15,947 nucleotides of DNA from Abditibacteriaceae bacterium (GTDB taxonomy: Bacteria; Armatimonadota; Abditibacteriia; Abditibacteriales; Abditibacteriaceae): contig JANMKN010000321.1 of NCBI GenBank assembly GCA_031372065.1, forward strand, positions 1 through 15,947, read 5' to 3'. Shown here piece after piece: positions 1 through 7,569 of the stretch. A program made the translations under genes and the position numbers. Positions within the stretch are counted from its first letter, which is position 1. Each line of letters opens with the position of its first letter. The notes beneath the pieces were generated by a model. It was not told where the DNA came from and searched no databases. It saw only the letters and a program-made list of their open reading frames with translations.

Positions 1-22
1 GTTTACGAGGCTTTTGAGGGGT

Positions 23-46
23 CAGCCCATTGCTTTAGCGATGGGG
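23..46. repeat. Short imperfect hairpin (CCCATTGC-TTTA-GCGATGGG) resembling IS200/IS605-end or REP-type palindromes
   Basis: Stem arms at 26-33 and 38-45 (one G-T pair) around a TTTA loop. AGCCC..CTTTAG..GGGG is the typical style of HUH (Y1) transposase-bound hairpins. No transposase in the window. Confidence 0.4.
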
Positions 47-73
47 AGTGATAAGTGATCACTTGGTTTAATC

Positions 74-628
74 ATGCTTCGCTGGCTGGAAAATTACTTC
101 GCACGTCGTGCCACAATTCGTCAACTCGGCGAATATATCGCGCCGGAAATGCGCGACAAAATTTTGTCGGGCGATTACGAAATTCCTCAACCACAACCAC
201 GCGAAATTGAGTTTGTTCTCATCTTAATCACGCCAAACACAAAGGATGCCAACGCAGAAAACTGCTCAATAGTGATTTCGCAGGCAAAACAAAGCGGCTA
301 TATAATTGAGGCTTTCGCAGGCACACTTTACTACTTAATTGGCGGGCTTTTTACCCGTGAAAATTTCATTCCGGCCTCCGAAGTGGCTGAAAAACTTCAG
401 CAGCAGCTAAAAGAAAAAGCTCGTTCGATTTACGGCACCGACACCGCTTTTGTCGGTTCGATTGGAAGTCTTGACTTCCAAAGTTACACCGCCTTATTAG
501 CCGACTTCCCGGCCCTACTCACACGCCTGTGCAATATGCCCGCAGGTCATTATGAAGAATTTAAAAGCGAAAATCCGATGCTGCACCAAAGGCAGAACGA
601 CTCCGATTCTGGTATCGTAGACGATTAA
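74..628 (+). CDS. Hypothetical protein, degenerate class III adenylate/guanylate cyclase-like domain
   Basis: 184-aa ORF. IRQLGEYIAPEMRDKIL, REIEFVLILI, GYIIEAFAGTLYYLIGG and AFVGSIGSLDFQSYTALLADFPALLTRL are colinear with the class III cyclase consensus (FGRYVSPEV..., VTVLFSDI, GTIDKFIGDAVMAxFG, VVGNIGSxxRxDYTVIGDxVNLASRL), but the catalytic residues are substituted. Confidence 0.65.
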   Translation: MLRWLENYFARRATIRQLGEYIAPEMRDKILSGDYEIPQPQPREIEFVLILITPNTKDANAENCSIVISQAKQSGYIIEAFAGTLYYLIGGLFTRENFIPASEVAEKLQQQLKEKARSIYGTDTAFVGSIGSLDFQSYTALLADFPALLTRLCNMPAGHYEEFKSENPMLHQRQNDSDSGIVDD

Positions 629-647
629 AATTGCTGTTTTGGTAGCC

Positions 648-927
648 TTTGGCAATCGTAAGGGTGCGCTCCGCGAGATTTTTCGCCGTTCCGCAGCGTT
701 TTTTGGCACTTCGCAGGCTTAAGGGCGCATTCCGCGCGATTTTTTTGCTTTCCGCAGCAGTTTTTGCCATTCCGCAAGATTTTTTCGTGTTCCGCAGGCT
801 TGAGGGCGCATTCCGCAGGATTTTTCTGCGTTCCGCAGGATTTTTTCGTGTTCCGCAAGATTTTTTCGCGTTCTGCAAGCGCAAAATGGCCTTTTATAGC
901 TGCAAAACGCCTAAAAATGGTGCGGAA
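648..927. repeat. 20/21-bp tandem satellite (core TTCCGCA), about 12 direct units plus an inverted terminal unit
   Basis: Unit starts at 648, 669, 689, 709, 730, 750, 770, 790, 811, 831, 851 and 871. The 20-bp type is TTCCGCA(A/G)GATTTTTTCGTG and the 21-bp type is TTCCGCAGGCTT(A/G)AGGGCGCA. The reverse complement of 908-927 is TTCCGCACCATTTTTAGGCG. Confidence 0.9.
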
Positions 928-942
928 TGTCAAAAGGGAAGC

Positions 943-1497
943 TCAACGCTGCGCCCAATACAAGACGGCGCCGATTCCGGCGCCTAAAAACAAACCGTAA
1001 CTCGCGCCCCATAAAACCATGCCACTTTGCCCTGCAATTGTGTTGTTTAATAGCGAACCAAGAAAATAACCAAGCGAATTCGCCACAAAAATCAAACCCG
1101 AAAAGGGAAAAATTGCGCCCGACTTTTTGAATCCGACAGCAAAAGCCAACGCCATGAAAATAGAACCAAGCAGCGAGCCGCCCCACTCGCCTAAAGTGCC
1201 CCGTAGCACAAAATAAGCGCCACACCAACCGGTGGCATAAGCGATAAAGGCCAGCGCAAAAAGCAAGCAAAATCGCGGGCCGCGCAATGGGCCAACAATT
1301 AAAGAATTGAAAACAACCGCGCCCGACAACACAAAAAACAGCGTCCACGCGATGTAAGAAACAGCCAAGCCCAAATGGGCATACATCCAGCGTTCGCCAA
1401 AAGCCACAGTGCCGAAAACCATCAAACTACTGGCGCAAAAGCCCAGACTGCCAACAAGAATAGACTTTTTGAGCGAAGGCAACGAAGCAGAAGACAT
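943..1497 (-). CDS. Hypothetical multi-pass membrane protein
   Basis: 184 aa, almost entirely hydrophobic and Gly-rich (about 6 TM segments). Its ATG directly abuts the TAA of the upstream GH20 gene (TAAATG). Confidence 0.8.
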   Translation of the reverse strand: MSSASLPSLKKSILVGSLGFCASSLMVFGTVAFGERWMYAHLGLAVSYIAWTLFFVLSGAVVFNSLIVGPLRGPRFCLLFALAFIAYATGWCGAYFVLRGTLGEWGGSLLGSIFMALAFAVGFKKSGAIFPFSGLIFVANSLGYFLGSLLNNTIAGQSGMVLWGASYGLFLGAGIGAVLYWAQR

Positions 1498-3381
1498 TTA
1501 TTTTTCCAATTGAATTTCGCCGTTGGAATCGGTTCCGGCGTCGCTGCGCACATTGGCGCGCAGGATAACTTTCGCGCCGGGTTTGATTTCCGGGACTTTG
1601 AAAGTGAAAACGTTGTTTTCATCCGTTGCGCCCGTCATCGCCAAATGCGCGTCGCGGGCGACAACAATACCATCAAGAGCGATTTCGGCCCATTCGATGT
1701 CCAAACGGTGCGCGCCGCCGGTGTATTGAAAGCGGATTTTGATTTCGCCGGGGCCGGAAACTTTGCCTGTAATGTCCCATTCGCGCGGCGTGAAGGTTTC
1801 TTTGGTTTCGCCACTTTTCCAGCGGCCTAAAACGGTTGGTTCTTCAGACAACTTGCGATAATTCACTTTCAAGGCATCAAGGCGCGCCAGATGCGTTTTC
1901 AGGCGCTGCGAAAAGTCATCGTAATTCTTGGTGTCGGCTTTCGACCAAGCCACTTCCGCAAGGGCACAGGCGCGCGGATAAGTCATGTATTCGGCGTAAT
2001 CGGACGCGGCGATGTATTCCGTCCACACGTTGCCTTGCGGCCCCAAGATGTGTCTGGCTTGATCGGCATTCAATTCCGTGGGCACCGGTTCGTAGGCGTA
2101 AACTTTTTCGAGCGGCACAAAACCGCCGATGGCTTTGGGTTCACCCGCGCGCTTGGACTGATAATAATCAAGATACAACGAGCTATTGGGCGACATCACC
2201 ACATCGGCGCCTGCTTTGGCCGCCGCAATTCCGCCCGCTGTGCCGCGCCAACTCATCACGGCGGCGCCATTGGCTAATCCGCCTTCAAGAATTTCGTCCC
2301 AACCGATGAGTCGCTTGCCGCGAATGGACAGCATTTTTTGCACGCGGCGAATGAAATAACTTTGCAATTCGTGTTCGTCTTTGAGGCCGGTGGCTTTCAT
2401 CAGTGCCTGACATTTCGGGCAGGCTTTCCAGCGCTCTTTGGGCACTTCGTCGCCGCCGATATGCACGAATTCCGACGGGAAAAGGCGCGTCACTTCGTCC
2501 AAAACGTTTTCGAGAAACTCGTAGGTTTTTTCGTTGCCCGCGCAGTAAACCTCGCTTTTGACGCCCCATTCGGTCGGCACCGGAAAAACTGCGCCTGTGC
2601 AGGAAAGTTCGGGATAAGCGGCCAGCGCCGCCATGCAATGACCGGGCATTTCGATTTCCGGCACTACCGTAATGCCGCGATTCGCCGCGTAACTGACGAT
2701 TTCAACGGCATCGGCCTGCGTATAAAACCCGCCTTCGCGCTTGTTTCCAGTGCCGCGCCACGCGCCGATTGCGGTCAGGCGCGGGTATTTTTCAATTTCG
2801 AGGCGCCAACCTTGGTCGTCGGTTAAGTGCCAGTGAAAAACATTGAATTTATGCAGCGCCATGACATCGAGAAATTTTTTGATGAACTCTTTCGAGAAAA
2901 AATGGCGCCCGCAATCGAGCATCAAACCGCGCCACGCAAAACGCGGCTCATCGCGGATGTTCAGGCAAGGCAAAGCGATGGTGGCGTCGCTTTTGGCATT
3001 CAATCGCGCGGCAGGAACCAATTGGCGCAGCGTTTGAATGGCGTTTTTCCAGCCTGCTGTTTTTGCGGCGCGCAAAATTAATTTCTGCGGCGTGATTTCA
3101 ATTTCATAGGCTTCGCCCGAAAGTTGTGCGGCTTGCTCAAAAACGATGGCGCCGCCCGTTTTTTCGCCGCCCACCAGCGGGCCAAAATACTCTTTCAAAA
3201 GCGCCACGGAGGAAGCCGCAGCGTTTGCCATTTCAATTTCTGTCCCCGCGCGCCATGAAAAACTGCCGGTTTGTTCTTTCCATTCAACAGGTTGAGGAAT
3301 TAAGGCTGGTGCGGCGTGACAAAACGTGGAAAACAAGGGCAGCAAAGCCAGCAATGCCAACAAAAAACATTTATATTTCAT
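1498..3381 (-). CDS. Secreted beta-N-acetylhexosaminidase, glycoside hydrolase family 20
   Basis: Signal peptide (MKYKCFLLALLALLPLFSTFCHA-A), GH20b N-domain, motifs DEPRFAWRGLMLDCGRHF, HWHLTDDQGWR, PEIEMPGH, catalytic HIGGDE, IGWDEIL and YPRACALAEVAW, plus an extra ~110-aa C-terminal beta-rich domain. Confidence 0.96.
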   Translation of the reverse strand: MKYKCFLLALLALLPLFSTFCHAAPALIPQPVEWKEQTGSFSWRAGTEIEMANAAASSVALLKEYFGPLVGGEKTGGAIVFEQAAQLSGEAYEIEITPQKLILRAAKTAGWKNAIQTLRQLVPAARLNAKSDATIALPCLNIRDEPRFAWRGLMLDCGRHFFSKEFIKKFLDVMALHKFNVFHWHLTDDQGWRLEIEKYPRLTAIGAWRGTGNKREGGFYTQADAVEIVSYAANRGITVVPEIEMPGHCMAALAAYPELSCTGAVFPVPTEWGVKSEVYCAGNEKTYEFLENVLDEVTRLFPSEFVHIGGDEVPKERWKACPKCQALMKATGLKDEHELQSYFIRRVQKMLSIRGKRLIGWDEILEGGLANGAAVMSWRGTAGGIAAAKAGADVVMSPNSSLYLDYYQSKRAGEPKAIGGFVPLEKVYAYEPVPTELNADQARHILGPQGNVWTEYIAASDYAEYMTYPRACALAEVAWSKADTKNYDDFSQRLKTHLARLDALKVNYRKLSEEPTVLGRWKSGETKETFTPREWDITGKVSGPGEIKIRFQYTGGAHRLDIEWAEIALDGIVVARDAHLAMTGATDENNVFTFKVPEIKPGAKVILRANVRSDAGTDSNGEIQLEK

Positions 3382-3510
3382 GGATTGGTTTCCAATGGCA
3401 AACTAAAACCCGTTAAAATCAGGCCAGAAACGGCCAAACGAACGTGTTTTGCCGGACACACTCAGGATAGTTGGGACAACTTCGCTGAGTCAAGGAGAAA
3501 AAGCAAATTT

Positions 3511-4518
3511 ATGGCGATCACGCAAAAAGACATTGCACAACGAGTTGGTGTTTCGCAGCAAGCCGTTGCTCATGCTTTGGGAGGAAAAGGGCGACTCAGC
3601 GAGGACACGCGCACGCGTATTTTGGATGAAGCTAATAAAATGGGTTATCGCCCGAATCCTTTAGCCCGCGCCTTGCTGACGGGGAAAACTAATTTAATTT
3701 CTTTGTGGCTGCCCAGCGAAATGTCGCCTTTTTATGCCCAAGTAGCGCATGACATCGAAAGCATGATTGGCCGCGAGCCTTATAATCTCGTGATAACCAA
3801 TGTAGAGCGTTATCACAAACAAGCGAAAAACGCGCAGAATTCGCAAAATTTCGCGCCCGCCGCGTGGCCGGTGGACGGCATTTTGGCCTTCGAGGTGCCG
3901 CAGATTCAAGGCATCGAAAATTCACTACTGGGCGGGCCGCCGGTGGTGTGCCTCGGCGTGGATTGGCTCACGACTTCGCAAAAACTCGACAGCGTTTCCA
4001 TCAATTTGCGGCCCGGTTCCGAAGAAGCCATGAGCCATTTATTGCCGGGGCGCCGCCGCATTGCTTTTATGACCATACCGGGCCTGTTGCAAAACAACGA
4101 TGCGCGCTGTGAGGTTTATCAGCAAGCGATGAAAAATGCGGGACTTGAACCCGAATATATTTTCCTCAACGATCTTTCGCGGTTGCGCGCCGATGCGAGG
4201 CAAGCGGTCCAAGATTATATCAAGCAAAACGGCGCGCCGGATGCTATCTTTTGCGCCAGCGATGAAGAAGCTATCGGCACCCATCGCGGACTTTGTGACT
4301 TAGGCCTAAAAATTCCCGAAGATGTGGCGCTTTTGGGCTGCGACGGCATTGAGGACACAGAATATCTCACACCGGCTATCAGCACCATTAAACAACCCAC
4401 ACAGGAAATGTGCCGCGTGGGTTGGGATTTGCTGCAACGCCGCATGGCACAGCCCGATTTGCCGCGCCAGCATCAACAATTGAAAGCTCATTTGGTGATT
4501 CGAGAATCATCGAGTTAA
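3511..4518 (+). CDS. LacI-family transcriptional regulator
   Basis: HTH ITQKDIAQRVGVSQQAVAHAL, hinge MGYRPNPLARAL, and C-terminal PDAIFCASD / IPEDVALLGCDGI / PAISTIKQP / LVIRES. Start set at ATG 3511 (AAGGAG upstream at 3492-3497) rather than GTG 3316, which would overlap the GH20 gene. Confidence 0.95.
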   Translation: MAITQKDIAQRVGVSQQAVAHALGGKGRLSEDTRTRILDEANKMGYRPNPLARALLTGKTNLISLWLPSEMSPFYAQVAHDIESMIGREPYNLVITNVERYHKQAKNAQNSQNFAPAAWPVDGILAFEVPQIQGIENSLLGGPPVVCLGVDWLTTSQKLDSVSINLRPGSEEAMSHLLPGRRRIAFMTIPGLLQNNDARCEVYQQAMKNAGLEPEYIFLNDLSRLRADARQAVQDYIKQNGAPDAIFCASDEEAIGTHRGLCDLGLKIPEDVALLGCDGIEDTEYLTPAISTIKQPTQEMCRVGWDLLQRRMAQPDLPRQHQQLKAHLVIRESSS

Positions 4519-4632
4519 CCCCCAACCCCCTTGCTAAGGGGGCTAAAATACAACGCTTTTGAGCAAGGCCAATGCTGACCAAATTCAATATAGTGATAGG
4601 TGAGCCCCCTTACCAAGGGGGTTGGGGGTTAA
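4515..4632. repeat. REPIN/MITE-like element: 30-bp inverted repeats, each with an internal hairpin
   Basis: 4515-4544 TTAACCCCCAACCCCCTTGCTAAGGGGGCT and 4603-4632 AGCCCCCTTACCAAGGGGGTTGGGGGTTAA match 29/30 as inverted repeats around a 58-bp spacer. The element fills the gap between two convergent stop codons. Confidence 0.85.
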
Positions 4633-4633
4633 T

Positions 4634-5848
4634 CTACTCTAAACCCGCTTCTTTTAAAAACGCTTTCACACTGGGACTGCTATTATTCGACGGGCCGAGG
4701 TCGTCGCGTTTTGTCCACTCGGAACGGTTTAGGAAATTCTTTTCCTCAAACGAATCGCCGAATAAAGCGGACAGCAATTTGATGTTCTGCGGCTTATTCA
4801 GAATGATGTCACCGTTGTCGGCGTAAATGCCATAAAGCGTGAGCGGTTGTATCTTTTCGGAGCTACCAAGATTTTTGGCAAACAGCGCGGCAGAGCCAAG
4901 TTCTTCGTCGTTCATATCTGTGCGAAATTCTTGGCGCACTTGTTTGACAACGCCGGGAATTTGCACCAGTGGTTTTTCCATCAGGCGTTTGGCGAGGGCT
5001 TTCATGACAGCTTGCTGGCGACGAATACGGCCCGGATCGCCTTCGAGGTCTTTGCGAAAACGCACATAGCCGTGCGCTTGCTCGCCATTTAACCATTGCG
5101 GGCCGGGTTTGAGATTGACTTCCCAATTTGCCCACGAATCTTTGTAGTGAATCGGGCCTCGGTAACGCTTACCGCCTTTGCCATGTCGCATTAAGGCGCC
5201 GTCCACATTGACATAAACGCCGTCCGCCATCTCCACCAATTTCTTAAAGCTGTTTGGTTTGATGACCGCGAGGCGATCAATGCGCAAGCCAAATTCATCG
5301 CGCATAAAATCGCGCAGTAATTTTTCGCGATTCGCCGGATCGGTGCCGCCTTCGGCATAAACCGCGTTCAGTTTGCGGTCTGACTGCCGATGTCCTTCGA
5401 GATCGGTAAAAGTCACCCGCGCATCGCGCGGCAGAGACAGCATTCGTGCCGTGCGCTTTTCGCGGTCAAAAGTAAAAACAATCATGGTGTCCGAACGCGG
5501 CGGCGAATCTTTGTCAATGATGTGAAACGGCGCCTTTTTTCCGGTGCGCGGATTCAGCACCATCGCGTTTTTCCAGTTGTAATCTTCGCCGATCAGCAAA
5601 ATGTTCACGCGATTGCTATGCACATTTTCAAATAGCAAATCGGGGTCTTGCTTGATTTTAATGATGGTTTCCACGGCCTGTGGCGCCGTTTCGGCGAAAT
5701 CGTGCCCCGACTTAGTTAGTCCGACCCACAAACCGCCCGCGACACAGAGAATGCCGAGCAAAACCAAAACGATACGGCCAAAACCAAATTTACGACGCGT
5801 CATTTCACCCTTTGCGGCACCCGGTTCGCGATTAGATTCTTGTTTCAA
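4634..5848 (-). CDS. LCP (LytR-CpsA-Psr) family cell-envelope phosphotransferase
   Basis: N-terminal TM, then RVNILLIGED, RSDTMIV, LSLPRDARV, KLNAVYAEGG and LNGEQAHGYVRFRK..GDPGRIRRQQ. The TTG start is supported by GGAGG 6 nt upstream. Confidence 0.93.
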   Translation of the reverse strand: MKQESNREPGAAKGEMTRRKFGFGRIVLVLLGILCVAGGLWVGLTKSGHDFAETAPQAVETIIKIKQDPDLLFENVHSNRVNILLIGEDYNWKNAMVLNPRTGKKAPFHIIDKDSPPRSDTMIVFTFDREKRTARMLSLPRDARVTFTDLEGHRQSDRKLNAVYAEGGTDPANREKLLRDFMRDEFGLRIDRLAVIKPNSFKKLVEMADGVYVNVDGALMRHGKGGKRYRGPIHYKDSWANWEVNLKPGPQWLNGEQAHGYVRFRKDLEGDPGRIRRQQAVMKALAKRLMEKPLVQIPGVVKQVRQEFRTDMNDEELGSAALFAKNLGSSEKIQPLTLYGIYADNGDIILNKPQNIKLLSALFGDSFEEKNFLNRSEWTKRDDLGPSNNSSPSVKAFLKEAGLE

Positions 5849-5913
5849 TGATGTCCTCCGGTGCCCTCAGTTTAACAAGGGACGCAGGATTATCGGGGCT
5901 ATCGTAATCTATC

Positions 5914-5979
5914 TATGGAGCGCGGGCGTCTCGCCCGCAAATCGAAAGCAGAATGTGGGCGGGACGCCCGCGCTCCATA
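5914..5979. repeat. REP doublet (inverted pair) of the GGAGCGCGGGCGTCTCGCCCGC class
   Basis: 5914-5939 TATGGAGCGCGGGCGTCTCGCCCGCA and 5954-5979 TGTGGGCGGGACGCCCGCGCTCCATA are 24/26 complementary. Each arm has its own GCGGGCG..CGCCCGC palindrome. Confidence 0.85.
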
Positions 5980-6096
5980 ATCTCATTCATTGCGTCCGAC
6001 TACTTACAAAACGCCAGATTGTTCCTCTTACTCCCTTTTGCCAAGGCTTTTGCTACGATAAATGTCGCATTCATCAAGGCGAATACGGCGTAGAAA

Positions 6097-7569
6097 TCAC
6101 GCGGCGCCCGCATCTTTTAATAATTTACGCAGGGAAGAGTGTTTTTCTGGCACCAGATCGAGTAATTTGCGGCCATCGGGCATTTGAACACTCGGATTGG
6201 CGCCTTTTTTCAATAAGAATTGCGTCATTTTTTGGGAAGCTTCATTGTAGGAAGAATTATTGGAAGGCGATTCTTGGACTAACAAATGAAGCAGCGGAGT
6301 CAAACCTCTTTCGTCGCGCAGATTAACGTTAGCGCCGTATTTCACCAGCAATTTCACGCCTTGCAGACGGAAGTAATGGGGTGCATCATAGTCGAAGCCC
6401 TCTAACAGATAAATGAGCGGCGTTTTGCCTTCTCCATCACGTGCATTAGCATCGGCGCCATATTTTAGCAGCAGCTTGATAGCAGCCACATTGGCCTTGC
6501 AGGATTTCGGATCATTAACGGTCATTTTCAGATTTTCGATGGCAAAATGGAGAGGTGTGCGCCCTTTTTTATCAGGCGCGTTGGGACTGGCGCCACGCCG
6601 CAGCAAAGCCTTCACTAAATCCGGGTCTACTTCGACGGTGGTTGTTGGGACTTGAGGCGTGGCCCCAAAAATCGTGTGCAGTGGCGTGTGCTTAAACTTA
6701 TCGCGCACATTAGCTTTTGCGCCGCGCTTGAGCAGATAACGCGCATCGGGATGTGAAGCATCGTAGCCTTCCAAACTTTGCAGTAAAGGCGTGCGGCCCC
6801 ACCAATCGCGCCCTTCCAAACGCGCGCCGTAACGCAGCAAATCGTCTATGATTTCTTTGGTATCATCGTCTCCACCACGCCCACCATAGTGATCAACACC
6901 AACGCTGCCCAGCGGCGTGCCTATACCGTAATCATTTTTCGGGTCGCCGAATTTTTCATTGGGATTGGCACCGGCCCGTAATAATTCACGCACAATCGGC
7001 CATAAGCGCGGGCCTTCGTGCCCGCCCATCAAAGCCTGCCGCAACGGAGAATCAGATTCGCCTTTCGCGGTATTAACTTTCGCTCCGTGCCGCGCCAGCA
7101 AACGCATAATAGTGTCTAAGTCGCGCATAAATTGCCGCACTTTTTGGGCAGATTGTTTGGGATGTTTTTCATCGAAATTCGGCATCGAGCTATGTGCATA
7201 ATTGATAACCGCATCCAGCGCCGTCGAATCTCCCTCTTCGCTGTAATTGGGGTCGTAGCCTTCTTTCAAAAGTTGACGAACCATCGGCAGATTGACGCTT
7301 CGCGCGGCTTGAATCAAAGCGGTGCGGACATTGACTTCAATTTGTCTTTGGGCTTCTTTCTGAGCGAGATATTTTTGATATAAAGCGTATTTTTGCATGG
7401 CGGCTTCATGCGCGGCCTGACGCAGCGACTCGCGTTTCGATTCCTGTGCGGCGCGCTTCCATTCGGCTTGTTGGCCGCGCCAACGCCAAAAACCGCTGCC
7501 GCCGACAATGCTAAAAGCCACCAGCATCGCGATAATTAACAAGCGTGTTTCGCTGTTCACTTTGTTCAT
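6097..7569 (-). CDS. Membrane-anchored ankyrin-repeat protein
   Basis: N-terminal TM helix and coiled segment, then repeated ankyrin motifs (GRTPLL, KHTPLH, GRTPLHFA, GKTPLIY, GLTPLLH; LLKYGADANARD, LVKYGANVNLRD). ATGA overlap with the upstream gene's stop. Confidence 0.93.
   Translation of the reverse strand: MNKVNSETRLLIIAMLVAFSIVGGSGFWRWRGQQAEWKRAAQESKRESLRQAAHEAAMQKYALYQKYLAQKEAQRQIEVNVRTALIQAARSVNLPMVRQLLKEGYDPNYSEEGDSTALDAVINYAHSSMPNFDEKHPKQSAQKVRQFMRDLDTIMRLLARHGAKVNTAKGESDSPLRQALMGGHEGPRLWPIVRELLRAGANPNEKFGDPKNDYGIGTPLGSVGVDHYGGRGGDDDTKEIIDDLLRYGARLEGRDWWGRTPLLQSLEGYDASHPDARYLLKRGAKANVRDKFKHTPLHTIFGATPQVPTTTVEVDPDLVKALLRRGASPNAPDKKGRTPLHFAIENLKMTVNDPKSCKANVAAIKLLLKYGADANARDGEGKTPLIYLLEGFDYDAPHYFRLQGVKLLVKYGANVNLRDERGLTPLLHLLVQESPSNNSSYNEASQKMTQFLLKKGANPSVQMPDGRKLLDLVPEKHSSLRKLLKDAGAA

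Noticed and set aside
648..890. CRISPR array
   Set aside because: The period is only 20-21 bp, the variable parts are related to each other rather than unique spacers, and no cas genes are present.
561..1000. Overlapping ORFs in the satellite (561..884, 625..933, 649..987, 764..1000)
   Set aside because: They are open because the repeat lacks stops; the 20-bp period shuffles frames and no protein family is recognisable.
3316..3510. N-terminal extension of LacI from GTG 3316
   Set aside because: It overlaps the GH20 start on the other strand, and the HTH begins right after ATG 3511.
3382..3510. LacI operator in the divergent promoter region
   Set aside because: Only weak imperfect palindromes (e.g. 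AAACGAACGTGTTT) were seen, too poor to call.
5601..6326. 241-aa plus-strand ORF
   Set aside because: Antisense to the LCP and ankyrin genes and reads through the REP doublet (WSAGVSPA..GGTPAL), so it is a shadow ORF.
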